Assembly (NCBI GenBank): GCA_963836505.1
Contig: CAWIJU010000001.1
Span: 85,387-149,386, forward strand
DNA from: an uncultured Flavobacteriaceae bacterium
Lineage (GTDB): Bacteria; Bacteroidota; Bacteroidia; Flavobacteriales; Flavobacteriaceae
DNA: 64,000 nt
Direction of reading: 5' to 3'
A program made the position numbers and the translations under genes. How positions within the stretch are numbered: position 1 is the stretch's first letter; every line of letters starts with the position of its first letter. Shown in pieces: positions 34,987-44,706 of the stretch. A model generated the notes under the pieces. It was not told the DNA's origin and made no database searches. It saw nothing but the letters and a program-made list of their open reading frames with translations.

Positions 34987-35020
34987 TTTTTAAATGGAAA
35001 ACAGGGTTGTTCAAAAAAAG

Positions 35021-35028
35021 CAAAGATA
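35021..35028 (-). promoter_or_regulatory. Sigma-A -7 box (TATCTTTG) for the SSS transporter / pdxH unit
   Basis: Exact TAnnTTTG on the minus strand, 34 nt upstream of the ATG at 34986. Confidence 0.35.
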
Positions 35029-35053
35029 CCTTTTACTGTTAATTTTAATCTCT

Positions 35054-35061
35054 TATATTTG
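35054..35061 (+). promoter_or_regulatory. Sigma-A -7 box (TATATTTG) for the acyltransferase-like membrane protein gene
   Basis: Exact TAnnTTTG, 14 nt upstream of the ATG at 35076. Confidence 0.35.
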
Positions 35062-35075
35062 AATAAAATCTTATA

Positions 35076-36188
35076 ATGGGGGCAAATAAAAGAATACTTT
35101 CTGTGGATATATTCCGCGGAATAACTATCGCTGCAATGATTTTAGTAAACACACCGGGAAGCTGGAGTCATGTGTATGCACCACTATTACATGCTGAGTG
35201 GCATGGACTAACACCTACCGATCTGATTTTTCCGTTTTTTTTGTTTATCGTAGGCATGTCGATCACCTTTGCCTATAGCTCGAAAAAAGAAAATGGGATT
35301 ACTTCGGATGTTTATAAAAAAATAATTTCTCGAACCCTGAAATTGATTTTTCTAGGTCTGTTTCTTTCCGCATTTACAGTCCATTTTCCTTTTATAGAAG
35401 ATCTATCAACGCTCAGAATTCCGGGTGTACTTCAGAGAATTGGTGTCGTTTTCTTTATTGCTTCTTTGCTGTTTTTAAAATTTAATTGGAAAGTTTTAAT
35501 GGGAATTTTTGTTTCTATTTTAATTATTTACTGGTTGTTGCTCACTCAAGTTCCGATTAACGGAGCTGCGCCTTTACTCACAGTCGATTCTAATTTACCT
35601 GCGGTCATTGATTTGAAGATATTGACATCGGATCACACCTATAAACCAAATTACGATCCTGAAGGTATTTTGAGCACGCTGCCCTCGATTGCAACAAGTA
35701 TTTTTGGTATGTTCTTAGGATTGATTTTATTGAGTAAAAATACACAACCCGGTCAAAAATTAAAGCAAATTTTATCAATTGGTGTCTTAGCTCTTATTAT
35801 GGGTTACGCCTGGGGAATGGTATTTCCTTTAAATAAGGCACTTTGGACAAGTAGTTTTGTTCTCGTGACAGGGGGCTGGGCTTGTGTTGTGTATGGCGTT
35901 ATCTATTACCTCGCTGATATTTTGGGTTATGAAAAATGGGGTAAACCTGCCATTATTTTTGGATCAAATGCCATCACTGTTTATTTTTTATCCAGTTTTG
36001 TGAGCAGTTGTTTCGGCATGATTCAATTGCCAAATGGAAAATCCATACATGGTTTTTTATATGATACACTTGCTTCGATCATTACAATTCCAAAGTTGAG
36101 TTCGTTCCTATACGCGATATTTGTTATTCTATTCTATTATGGAATTGCTTATGTTTTGTATAAGAAGAAGATATTTATTAAGGTTTAA
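35076..36188 (+). CDS. Polytopic membrane protein of the heparan-alpha-glucosaminide N-acetyltransferase-like (DUF1624/DUF5009) family, 370 aa
   Basis: N-terminal RILSVDIFRGITIAAMILVNTPGSW motif typical of that family, followed by about 10 further TM helices. Confidence 0.65.
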   Translation: MGANKRILSVDIFRGITIAAMILVNTPGSWSHVYAPLLHAEWHGLTPTDLIFPFFLFIVGMSITFAYSSKKENGITSDVYKKIISRTLKLIFLGLFLSAFTVHFPFIEDLSTLRIPGVLQRIGVVFFIASLLFLKFNWKVLMGIFVSILIIYWLLLTQVPINGAAPLLTVDSNLPAVIDLKILTSDHTYKPNYDPEGILSTLPSIATSIFGMFLGLILLSKNTQPGQKLKQILSIGVLALIMGYAWGMVFPLNKALWTSSFVLVTGGWACVVYGVIYYLADILGYEKWGKPAIIFGSNAITVYFLSSFVSSCFGMIQLPNGKSIHGFLYDTLASIITIPKLSSFLYAIFVILFYYGIAYVLYKKKIFIKV

Positions 36189-36192
36189 AATG

Positions 36193-36200
36193 TAATTTTG
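36193..36200 (+). promoter_or_regulatory. Sigma-A -7 box (TAATTTTG) only 4 nt from the recR ATG
   Basis: Exact TAnnTTTG. The ATG is at 36205. Confidence 0.3.
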
Positions 36201-36204
36201 CGGC

Positions 36205-36828
36205 ATGGAATTTTCTTCGAAATTATTGCAAAATGCCGTGAATGAAATGGCTCAGTTGCCGGGAGTGGGTAAACGCACCGCTTTAAGATTGGTGTTGCAT
36301 TTGTTGAAAAGGCCTGAAAATCAGACAGAAGAGCTTGTTGTTGCCCTTAGTAATTTTAGACAAAATATCAAACTCTGTAAAAATTGCCATAATATTTCCG
36401 ATGTTGATATATGTGACATATGTGCGAATCACAAAAGACAAAGTGAAATTATTTGTGTGGTCGAAGACATAAGAGACGTTATGGCCATTGAAAACACATC
36501 TCAATTTCGAGGACATTACCATGTCCTCGGCGGGAAGATTTCTCCTATGGAAGGAGTAGGTCCTCACCAACTCACCATAGAAAGTTTGGTCGATAAAGTG
36601 AGTTCCGGCAAAGTAGAAGAAATTATTTTTGCTTTGAGTTCTACTATGGAGGGAGATACAACTAACTTTTATATCTATAGAAAACTAAAAGATTTTCCTG
36701 TAAGAATGTCTGCCATTGCAAGAGGAATTTCGGTTGGGGGCGAGCTTGAATACGCAGATGAGATCACCTTGGGCAGAAGTATTATCAATCGCGTTCCTTT
36801 TGAACAAAGTATGAAAAACACTCATTGA
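36205..36828 (+). CDS. recR: Recombination protein RecR, 207 aa
   Basis: HhH N-terminus [12 protein letters not shown], a C4 zinc finger ([16 protein letters not shown]) and Toprim/Walker-like segments. Confidence 0.96.
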   Translation: MEFSSKLLQNAVNEMAQLPGVGKRTALRLVLHLLKRPENQTEELVVALSNFRQNIKLCKNCHNISDVDICDICANHKRQSEIICVVEDIRDVMAIENTSQFRGHYHVLGGKISPMEGVGPHQLTIESLVDKVSSGKVEEIIFALSSTMEGDTTNFYIYRKLKDFPVRMSAIARGISVGGELEYADEITLGRSIINRVPFEQSMKNTH

Positions 36829-36834
36829 TGATTT

Positions 36835-37242
36835 ATGAAAGGAATTCTAGTTACACTATTTTTTTTTATTGTTTTTATTGAGATTTCAGCTCAACATACT
36901 GAAGCCGTTTATTTGTTTTACGGAGCGGAAAACGATGAGAAGTGCATTTTGCCAAATGACGATGGAGGCTCTTCAGAAATGGACAGTTTTTTTAAGTTGG
37001 AAAACAAAACAAGTATTACTTTTTTTATTTGTGGCGAACGGTTTTATCTGAGACGTCATCAAAGCAAATTAGAAATTCATGACATATCTGAAATAGAACA
37101 TCTCAAAATGTCAGATGTTCATGAACTCAAAAATACTTGGAAGAATTCGGGCTTGAGTAAGCAGGAAACCTTTTCTGATATCTACCTGATACAAAAAGTT
37201 TCGCCTGACCAGGTGGTTTACCACAAAGTAAAGTGGCTCTGA
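36835..37242 (+). CDS. Hypothetical secreted protein, 135 aa
   Basis: Signal peptide MKGILVTLFFFIVFIEISAQ. No domain recognised. It lies 6 nt after recR. Confidence 0.5.
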   Translation: MKGILVTLFFFIVFIEISAQHTEAVYLFYGAENDEKCILPNDDGGSSEMDSFFKLENKTSITFFICGERFYLRRHQSKLEIHDISEIEHLKMSDVHELKNTWKNSGLSKQETFSDIYLIQKVSPDQVVYHKVKWL

Positions 37243-37281
37243 GCAGAGAAATGATGGTGATATGTATATAAAAATATATGT

Positions 37282-38397
37282 TTGGAACTTTCAATTGTCA
37301 TAGTCCATTATCGAGTGCAGGAATTTTTATGGCTGTGTTTGTCGAGTCTTCAAGAGGCCTGCAGGAGTATTTCTTATGAAATTATCATAGTTGACAATGA
37401 TCCTCAATTCCAATGCAAGGCATTTATAGGCGATCAGTTTACTAATTTACATTGGATTCTCAATAAGGAAAATCTGGGTTTTGCCAGGGCCAACAACCAG
37501 GGAGTTGCCATGGCAAAAGGAGAATATGTTTTAATTCTGAATCCGGACACGGTTGTCTCTGAGACGAATCTTCAAAATGCACTGAAATATGCCCGCCAAA
37601 AGAAAGAATTCGGGGCTATTGGAATTAGAATGATAGACGGAACAGGGCAATTTTTGCCTGAAAGTAAGAGAAATATCCCCACTCCGCTGATCGCGTTTAA
37701 TAAAATACTGGGTAAGGATAAGTCCTACTATGCAAATCATTTACACGAAAGGCAGATAGGGGAAGTAGGGGTTTTGCCCGGTGCTTTTATGCTGTTCTTA
37801 AAATCTGTTTATGGAGATGTGGGTGGCTTTGATGAGGATTATTTTATGTTTGGTGAAGATATAGATCTATGTTACCGATTGAGACAAAAAGGATATCAGA
37901 ATTATTATTTTGGAAAAAGTGTAGCCATTCATTTTAAAGGCGAAAGTGCGAGGAAGGACGCCAGTTATTACCATAATTTTTACGGTGCTTTACAAATTTA
38001 TTTTAAAAAACACTATCCGGAGAAACGTATATTACTTCGCTTAAACCACATTTTAGTGAGCACTCTTATAGTTTTAAGAACAACTGCTAAGATTAAAACT
38101 GCAGAAAGTATAAAAAAAGAAAGTATTTTATTTTTTGGAGAGAGATCAAAAAGGTCGGAAGAGCTAAGAATAAGGTTATCGGCTAAAAAATGGGAGTATA
38201 TCTCTAAAACAGAAGAAATTAATGGTACTTATGATATCCTTATTTTGGATCAGGGATTTTTAGACTTTGATCAAATCCTCTCCCTCTATTCGCAGGATAA
38301 TTTTAAGATTCTTCCTAAAAGAATTCTTTCAAAGGATAAGAATATTTGCTTAGGCAGTGATGATTCAAAGAGAGCCGGTGAAGTGTTGATTTGGTAA
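37282..38397 (+). CDS. Family 2 glycosyltransferase with a C-terminal extension of about 130 aa, 371 aa
   Basis: GT2 signature LSIVIVHYR...IIIVDND...GFARANNQG...ILNPDT...FGEDIDLCYR. TTG start at 37282. Confidence 0.85.
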   Translation: MELSIVIVHYRVQEFLWLCLSSLQEACRSISYEIIIVDNDPQFQCKAFIGDQFTNLHWILNKENLGFARANNQGVAMAKGEYVLILNPDTVVSETNLQNALKYARQKKEFGAIGIRMIDGTGQFLPESKRNIPTPLIAFNKILGKDKSYYANHLHERQIGEVGVLPGAFMLFLKSVYGDVGGFDEDYFMFGEDIDLCYRLRQKGYQNYYFGKSVAIHFKGESARKDASYYHNFYGALQIYFKKHYPEKRILLRLNHILVSTLIVLRTTAKIKTAESIKKESILFFGERSKRSEELRIRLSAKKWEYISKTEEINGTYDILILDQGFLDFDQILSLYSQDNFKILPKRILSKDKNICLGSDDSKRAGEVLIW

Positions 38398-38401
38398 AAG
38401 A

Positions 38402-38998
38402 TCAGTTCAATTCTGAACTGAGGTAATTTTCTGAGGCTTTTTTTCCTTTTCTAAAGGCCTCTATATTTGATTTGATGATAGATTCCTTTTTGCCGAGAAG
38501 CATTTTATAAATAGCTTTAACCAAGCTGGATTCTGTTATTGGAATAAGCTTTGAAGCTGCACCGAGTAAAACTAATCCGCAAACTCGGTCATCTCCGTGT
38601 TGTGAAGCAATTTCCTGGGCTGTGATCATGATATGTCTATCGTGAGATTTAATTTTTTTGAACATATCCACTTTTTCAGGGTGGTTGATTAAATCTTCAA
38701 ATGCATTGGCATCCGAAATTAGCCAACTATTATCATTGAGAAAATTTAGGGCATTTTCACACTGTCCGGGTGCAGAAGTGATAAATACATCCACAATATC
38801 TTTAGAAGATGGATCTTTTGAACCACCTTCATCATATACACTTATTGCTTTTAAGCATGAAATTACTTCATGATTTTCGTCGTATACATCAAATTGATTC
38901 GTATGAACTTTTTCGCTGGCCGCGGCATTTTCAATAACGCTTAATATTGTTTTGGCACAATGTTTTGATAAACCTACGATGTGTATATTTGATTTCAT
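38402..38998 (-). CDS. Stand-alone POR-gamma / IorB-like domain protein (degenerate), 198 aa
   Basis: The overall pattern resembles the pyruvate/indolepyruvate:ferredoxin oxidoreductase gamma domain (IHIVG..., ITAQEIASQHG...LVLLGAASKLIPI..., SNIEAFRKG). The canonical GxGGQG loop reads GLSKHCAK. Confidence 0.4.
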   Translation of the reverse strand: MKSNIHIVGLSKHCAKTILSVIENAAASEKVHTNQFDVYDENHEVISCLKAISVYDEGGSKDPSSKDIVDVFITSAPGQCENALNFLNDNSWLISDANAFEDLINHPEKVDMFKKIKSHDRHIMITAQEIASQHGDDRVCGLVLLGAASKLIPITESSLVKAIYKMLLGKKESIIKSNIEAFRKGKKASENYLSSELN

Positions 38999-39270
38999 TT
39001 AAGGTTTCTAACTATTTAGGTTACTTTAGTTTCGAGCATATTTGAAAATAGCGGAACAATAATTCTTTTTTTACTCTTATTTTTATACTCAAAATTATAT
39101 ATCTCAAATGTTTAATTATATGATTTTTATCAGGACATCAAAAAAAATGGATCATTTTTGAGATAATTCATGTTCATAGTTTACATCCTTTATGAAAATT
39201 TCTCTTATTTAGATAAAATGTTAATAATTTCACCTTTTAAATCATTTCTTTTGTAAATCAATTTATACTT

Positions 39271-40029
39271 ATGACAAAGACAATTTTTATCACAGGAGCC
39301 ACTTCCGGGATAGGTAAAGCAACAGCAGAAATATTTTCAAAGAATGGCTGGAATTTGATCATTACGGGAAGGAGAAAAGAAAGGTTAAAAGGTCTTCAGC
39401 AAAACCTAAAAGTAAAATATAAAAGTGAGGTGGATATATTGACCTTTGACGTAAGGAACTTAGAAGAAGTAAAAAGGGAAATTAATTCCCTCGACCAAAA
39501 ATTAAAGGAGGTAGACCTTTTGGTAAACAATGCAGGACTGGCTTCGGGATTGGATAAAATACAGGATGGAAATTTTGAGGATTGGGACACTATGATAGAT
39601 ACGAACATAAAAGGTTTGTTATATGTGACCAGACAAATTGTTCCCTATTTCATCCAAAAAGGTAGGGGTCAAATCATCAATGTAGCTTCAACCGCTGCCA
39701 AAGTTGTTTATGAAAAAGGCAATGTGTATTGTGCTACAAAATATGCTGTGGATGCCTTGAGTAAATCAATGCGTATAGATTTATTGGCTCATGGGATTAA
39801 AGTAACTCAGGTTTCTCCCGGTGCCGCAGAAACGGAATTTTCTGTGGTTCGTTTTAAAGGTGATGAAGATTTGGCAAAAAGAACCTATGCCGGATTTCAA
39901 CCACTGACAGGAGAAGATGTAGCCTCTGCGATTTTTTATACAGCAACATTACCTGACCATGTTTGTATCAACGAATTAGAAATAACAGCTTTGGCACAGG
40001 CCAATAGTACCCATGTGTATAGAAAATAG
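39271..40029 (+). CDS. Short-chain dehydrogenase/reductase (YdfG-like NADP-dependent), 252 aa
   Basis: TGATSGIGKA cofactor motif, NNAG, and the catalytic YCATKYAV (YxxxK). Confidence 0.9.
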   Translation: MTKTIFITGATSGIGKATAEIFSKNGWNLIITGRRKERLKGLQQNLKVKYKSEVDILTFDVRNLEEVKREINSLDQKLKEVDLLVNNAGLASGLDKIQDGNFEDWDTMIDTNIKGLLYVTRQIVPYFIQKGRGQIINVASTAAKVVYEKGNVYCATKYAVDALSKSMRIDLLAHGIKVTQVSPGAAETEFSVVRFKGDEDLAKRTYAGFQPLTGEDVASAIFYTATLPDHVCINELEITALAQANSTHVYRK

Positions 40030-40043
40030 GACAGAAGAAATTT

Positions 40044-40607
40044 TTAATGTCCATCGGATTTATCCCAACTTTTTTTAGAACGAATATTCTTATACAATTT
40101 TATACCTGCCATCAAAATAATCGATAAGCCGAGTATACCGCCTACGCCATAAATCCAGCTGACGGCACTTTTTAATACAACCAAGAAGACACAAGCAAAA
40201 AGAATTACTGTAGCTACCTCATTCCATATTCTCAATTTATTGCCACTCACTTTCAGTTCGTCTTTTTCCATTTGATTGAGCATAACCTGACAGGAATAAT
40301 GATAAGCATATAAGGCGACCACAAATCCCAATTTAACATGCATCCAATTTTGCGTGAGCCAAGTTGGGTTTAAAACCAACAACCAAATGGCAAAAATGGT
40401 AGAAAGTACTGCCGATGGCCAGGTAATAATATACCATAGTCTTTTACTCATCAAAAAATATTGATCTTTCAAAATTCTTTGTTCTGGCTGTGGTTTACCA
40501 TCCGATTCTTTAAAATAGATAAACAGCCTGATGATATAAAACAAACCAGCAAACCAGGTTGTAATAAAAATAATATGCAGTGCTTTAACGTATAAATATT
40601 CCATCAA
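40044..40607 (-). CDS. hemJ: Protoporphyrinogen IX oxidase, HemJ type, 187 aa
   Basis: Membrane protein with N-terminal YLYVKALHIIFITTWFAGLFY, typical of the HemJ (UPF0093/TIGR00701) family. It directly abuts hemH. Confidence 0.8.
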   Translation of the reverse strand: MMEYLYVKALHIIFITTWFAGLFYIIRLFIYFKESDGKPQPEQRILKDQYFLMSKRLWYIITWPSAVLSTIFAIWLLVLNPTWLTQNWMHVKLGFVVALYAYHYSCQVMLNQMEKDELKVSGNKLRIWNEVATVILFACVFLVVLKSAVSWIYGVGGILGLSIILMAGIKLYKNIRSKKSWDKSDGH

Positions 40608-41639
40608 TTATTGTTTTTTCCAATTCAGAATCCAATTATGAACAACGTCTACCCAACGGTCATCATCATTAAGGCATTCGATATGCTTAAAATGGGTACC
40701 TCCTTCTTCCAAAAACTCACTTTTACCCTCCATTGCAATTTCTTCCAGCGTTTCCAGGCAATCAGTAACAAAAGATGGTGTAATAACGGCCAATTTCTTA
40801 ATTCCTTTTTCTGCTAGTGCTTTTAATTCAAAGTCTGTATATGGTTTTAGCCAAGGATCTCTTAATAATCTGGACTGAAAAGAATTACTGTATTTGCCTT
40901 CTTCTAATTGTAAACTTTTTGCAATTTCTTTAGTCGTTTCGAAACATTGATGACGGTAACATGTTTCATGTGCAACAGATTTTTTTTCGCAACAAGAGCC
41001 ATCTAACTTGCAATGATTACCCGTGGTGTCACTCTTATAAATATGTCTTTCAGGTATACCGTGATAAGAAAAAAGAATATGGTCAAAATCATGCCCGTTC
41101 AATTGGTCCTTGATGGATTCTGACATGGCTTTGATATAATTCTTTTCATTGTAAAAGGCAGGAAGAACAGTGAGTTTTTTATTTGGATATTTTTCTTTGA
41201 TCAACTCTTCAGTTTTGATGACCACTGTTTCAAAAGAGGACATAGCATAATGTGGGTAAAGAGGAACTAATAAAATTTCGTCCACACCTTCTTCATTTAA
41301 CCGGCTCAATGCTTTTTCTATGGACATAGACCCGTATCTCATACCGAGTGCCATTGGGATGTCACCTCTCTTTTTTAATTTTTCAAAAAAGCGTTCAGAT
41401 AAGACAATAAGTGGTGAGCCTTCCTTCCACCAAATTTTTTGATAAGCCGCTGAGGTCTTTTTTGGTCTCACATTTAAGATGATCCCCTTTACCAATAACA
41501 GCCTTTTTAAGTAAGGCATGTCGATGACACGTTCATCCATTAAAAATTCTCCTAAGTAATTCTTTACATCTCTTATGCTCGTTGAATCGGGTGAGCCTAA
41601 ATTAACGAGTAATACACCTTTTTTATTCACAGTTTTCAA
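40608..41639 (-). CDS. hemH: Ferrochelatase, 343 aa
   Basis: GVLLVNLGSPDS N-terminus, YPHYA and FSYHGIPERH motifs, and a Cys-rich insert (CKLDGSCCEKK...C). Non-ATG start: TTG at 41639 or GTG at 41630. Confidence 0.95.
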   Translation of the reverse strand: MKTVNKKGVLLVNLGSPDSTSIRDVKNYLGEFLMDERVIDMPYLKRLLLVKGIILNVRPKKTSAAYQKIWWKEGSPLIVLSERFFEKLKKRGDIPMALGMRYGSMSIEKALSRLNEEGVDEILLVPLYPHYAMSSFETVVIKTEELIKEKYPNKKLTVLPAFYNEKNYIKAMSESIKDQLNGHDFDHILFSYHGIPERHIYKSDTTGNHCKLDGSCCEKKSVAHETCYRHQCFETTKEIAKSLQLEEGKYSNSFQSRLLRDPWLKPYTDFELKALAEKGIKKLAVITPSFVTDCLETLEEIAMEGKSEFLEEGGTHFKHIECLNDDDRWVDVVHNWILNWKKQ

Positions 41640-41653
41640 TGTTATTTTAGTTA

Positions 41654-41661
41654 CAAAGATA
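41654..41661 (-). promoter_or_regulatory. Sigma-A -7 box (TATCTTTG) for hemH-hemJ
   Basis: Exact TAnnTTTG on the minus strand, 14 nt upstream of the hemH start. Confidence 0.35.
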
Positions 41662-41866
41662 GATTTTTATATCGTTATTTTTTTAGTTAATGTCTTGTAA
41701 ATATTGACTTTTATCATGTTTTCTTTCGGTATTTTTTTTTTGGAAATCGATATCATACGCTATAATATGTAGTAATTTAGCAGTGTAATTAATTGATAAC
41801 TAGAATAATTTAAATGGTTTGAATATCAGTTAATTTGAGCAAAAAGTTTAGAATTTAAATGATTTT

Positions 41867-43099
41867 ATGGACAGTTTTTTGAAAGGAAACAACTTTTATG
41901 CAATTGGTCTGAGCTACAAAAAGGCCGATGTTACGGTTCGCAGCAAATTTAGTCTATCAAAAGAACAACAAATTTCTTTGTTGGAAGAGGCTAGATTGTC
42001 TGGTTTTGAAGAGCTGATGGTCATCTCCACTTGCAATAGAACCGAGATTATTGGTTTTGCAAAGCATCCTTATGAGCTTATTTCTCAACTATGCAAATAC
42101 AGTGAAGGTACCGTAGATGAATTTGCACGCTATTCTTTTGTTTATAAAAACATGGAAGCCGCTGAGCATTTTATTTCTGTGGCTACCGGTTTAGATAGTC
42201 AGATTTTAGGTGACTATGAAATTGTCAATCAATTGAAAAGCGCCTATGAAATTGCTAAAAATGCCGGTACGATGAGTGCTTATATGGAGCGTTTATACAA
42301 TACGGCATTGCAGGCGAGTAAGGAGGTCAAGAATAAAACACAGCTCAGTAGCGGAACTACGACCGTTTCTTATGCTACTGTACAGTACATCAGAGAGCGA
42401 AAAGAAAAATATCCAAATCCTAAAATACTGCTTTTTGGTTTAGGTGAAATAGGTGAAAATACCGCCAAAGGCTTAAAGAATCACTTGGAATATACCAGTC
42501 TTACAGTGGTCAATAGAACCATTGAAAAGTCATATGTTTTGAGAAAAAATTTAGGGGTGGATGTAGCATCTATGGATCATCTGGAAGATGAAATAAAAAA
42601 GGCCGATGTGATTATTGTGGCAACAGGAGCTCAGTTCCATACGGTGAAATCATCTATGTTCGATCCTGATAAAAAACAGTTGATCATCGATCTGTCAATT
42701 CCTAATAATGTCGATCAAAAGATAAGGGAGTTTACTAATAAGCGTGTTGTCGATGTGGATAAATTATCAGCAAAGACCAAATCGACATTTGAAAACAGAA
42801 AGCTTCAGATACCCAAAGTATTAGAGATCATTCACAAGTATAAAGATGAATTTTATAGTTGGGTCTCTTTCAGAAAGAGTTCACCTGCCTTGAACTCCTT
42901 AAAAATTTCATTGGAAAATATCCAAAAGGATGCCATTGCTGTCAATCAGAAAAAATTTGAGCAATTCAGTCCGAGTGAAATAGAAGAAGTAACTACAACA
43001 ATGATCAATAAAATCATTTCGAAATTTGCCTCACACATGCGCGAGCACAATGGTCAGGCCGATTTGAGTATTCAGGTAATTGAGCAGGTTTTTAAATAA
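41867..43099 (+). CDS. hemA: Glutamyl-tRNA reductase, 410 aa
   Basis: N-terminal GLSYKKADVTVRSKF...VISTCNRTEI with the catalytic Cys, and an NADPH-binding GLGEIGE segment. Confidence 0.95.
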   Translation: MDSFLKGNNFYAIGLSYKKADVTVRSKFSLSKEQQISLLEEARLSGFEELMVISTCNRTEIIGFAKHPYELISQLCKYSEGTVDEFARYSFVYKNMEAAEHFISVATGLDSQILGDYEIVNQLKSAYEIAKNAGTMSAYMERLYNTALQASKEVKNKTQLSSGTTTVSYATVQYIRERKEKYPNPKILLFGLGEIGENTAKGLKNHLEYTSLTVVNRTIEKSYVLRKNLGVDVASMDHLEDEIKKADVIIVATGAQFHTVKSSMFDPDKKQLIIDLSIPNNVDQKIREFTNKRVVDVDKLSAKTKSTFENRKLQIPKVLEIIHKYKDEFYSWVSFRKSSPALNSLKISLENIQKDAIAVNQKKFEQFSPSEIEEVTTTMINKIISKFASHMREHNGQADLSIQVIEQVFK

Positions 43100-43116
43100 T
43101 TTGCTGCAAATATTCC

Positions 43117-44040
43117 ATGAAAAAAATTGTTAGGATAGGAACAAGATCAAGTGAATTGGCTTTATGGCAAGCCCATTTGGTTCAGGAAAGTCTTGCTAAA
43201 TTGCAAATTGCTTCGCGGATCGTTGAGGTGTCTTCAAAGGGAGACGAAATTCTCGATAAACCTTTACATCAAATTGGGGGTATAGGTCTCTTTACTAAAT
43301 CTTTAGACGAGGCGCTTTTACAAGGTAAAATTGATATTGCCGTTCATTCGATGAAGGATGTTCCCACGGATCTTCCTCAGGGAATCGTGCAGGTGGCGAC
43401 CATGGCGAGAGGTCCTGTAAATGACATAATCGTTTTTAATAAAGAAATAAGCGGGATAAAAAAAGAAAAGGATCTTATCATCGCTACAGGAAGTTTGAGA
43501 AGAAGGGCCCAGTGGCTAAAGAAATATCCTGAATATAAAGTAGTTGATCTTAGAGGAAATGTAAATACCCGTTTGCGAAAATTGTTTGAAAGCAAATGGC
43601 AAGGTGCGGTTTTTGCAGAAGCAGGATTAAAAAGGATAAATTTACTACCTGAAAATTTTCTAGTTTTAGATTGGATGATACCTGCACCTGCGCAGGGTGC
43701 TGTTGTGGTTGTGGCCATGGATGGAGATGCTGCTTTCCTTTCGGAAATAGCACAATTAAATTGTGAAAACACAGAAAAAGCGACTTATATCGAGCGCGCC
43801 TTTATGAAAACACTCGAAGGCGGATGTACAGCCCCGATTGGGGCACACGCCAGAATTGAGCAGGAAAGAATATTTTTTGAAGGTATCCTGATCGATCTGG
43901 ACGGGAGTGAATGTCTCGAAATACGCGAATCAGAAGATTTAAAAAATTGGAAGAATTTTGGGAAAGATTGTGCCCTGAAGTTACTAAATTCGGGTGGTAA
44001 TGAATTGATGAAGAAAATCAAATCTCAAATGTCTAGTTAA
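43117..44040 (+). CDS. hemC: Hydroxymethylbilane synthase (porphobilinogen deaminase), 307 aa
   Basis: RIGTRSSELALWQA N-terminus, IAVHSMKDVP, and LEGGCTAPIG carrying the cofactor Cys. Confidence 0.96.
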   Translation: MKKIVRIGTRSSELALWQAHLVQESLAKLQIASRIVEVSSKGDEILDKPLHQIGGIGLFTKSLDEALLQGKIDIAVHSMKDVPTDLPQGIVQVATMARGPVNDIIVFNKEISGIKKEKDLIIATGSLRRRAQWLKKYPEYKVVDLRGNVNTRLRKLFESKWQGAVFAEAGLKRINLLPENFLVLDWMIPAPAQGAVVVVAMDGDAAFLSEIAQLNCENTEKATYIERAFMKTLEGGCTAPIGAHARIEQERIFFEGILIDLDGSECLEIRESEDLKNWKNFGKDCALKLLNSGGNELMKKIKSQMSS

Positions 44041-44046
44041 AAACCC

Positions 44047-44706
44047 GTGAATAAGAAATCAATTCTCATAACAAAATTACTTTCAGACGATCAAAAGATG
44101 AAATTAACAAATTTCGATTTGTTCGAACAGGAATTGATACAGATTGATTTAAAGACGGATATTCAATCCGTCGGGATAGCTGACCATGTTGTTTTTTCAA
44201 GCAAAAATGCCGTGAAGGCCATAGAAAAAAATTGTTTGTTGGAGGCCCTGCGGAAGTCGAAAATTTATTGTGTTGGCGAGAAAACTGCAGACCTGCTCAA
44301 GCAATTCAATTTTAATGTAGAATTTGTCGCTGAAAGTGCATTTGATTTGGCAAATTTTTTGATTTTGGCTAAACCGAATCATGTCACTTTTTTTTGTGGA
44401 AATCTCAGAAGGGAAGAATTACCCTTATTGTTGACTGAAAATGGCATTTCTGTAGATGAGCTCGTTGTTTATGAAACAACTTTGTTAAATCCCAAATTCT
44501 CTCAAAAATTTGATGGAATTTTGTTTTTTAGTCCTTCAGGAGTGAGAAGTTTTTGTAAAAAAAATAAAACAGATGCTATTGCATTCTGCTTAGGAAATAC
44601 CACAGCCATTTCAGCAACCGATTATTTTGAAGAGGTTTTTGTGGCAGAAGAACAATCATTAGATGGTTTGATCAAAACCTTAAACGAAAATTATGGCTAT
44701 GTATAG
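44047..44706 (+). CDS. hemD: Uroporphyrinogen-III synthase, 219 aa
   Basis: HemD-size ORF between hemC and hemB, with ILITK...VVFSSKNAV...FFSPSGV segments. GTG start. Confidence 0.8.
   Translation: MNKKSILITKLLSDDQKMKLTNFDLFEQELIQIDLKTDIQSVGIADHVVFSSKNAVKAIEKNCLLEALRKSKIYCVGEKTADLLKQFNFNVEFVAESAFDLANFLILAKPNHVTFFCGNLRREELPLLLTENGISVDELVVYETTLLNPKFSQKFDGILFFSPSGVRSFCKKNKTDAIAFCLGNTTAISATDYFEEVFVAEEQSLDGLIKTLNENYGYV

Noticed and set aside
38999-39270. Small ORFs (17 and 28 codons) or an sRNA or riboswitch in the 272-bp AT-rich spacer.
   Set aside because: I see no conserved-looking peptide, no GC-rich structured segment, no terminator and no exact promoter box, so nothing in the sequence alone supports a call.
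41791-41810. A Fur-box-like AT-rich sequence (aattgataactagaataatt) in the hemH/hemA divergent region.
   Set aside because: It resembles GATAATGATAATCATTATC only loosely. In DNA this AT-rich such partial matches are expected by chance.
43377-44021. Minus-strand ORFs of 131, 67 and 78 aa inside hemC.
   Set aside because: They are fully embedded antisense to a confidently identified gene. They have no recognisable domain, and no start context or promoter box.
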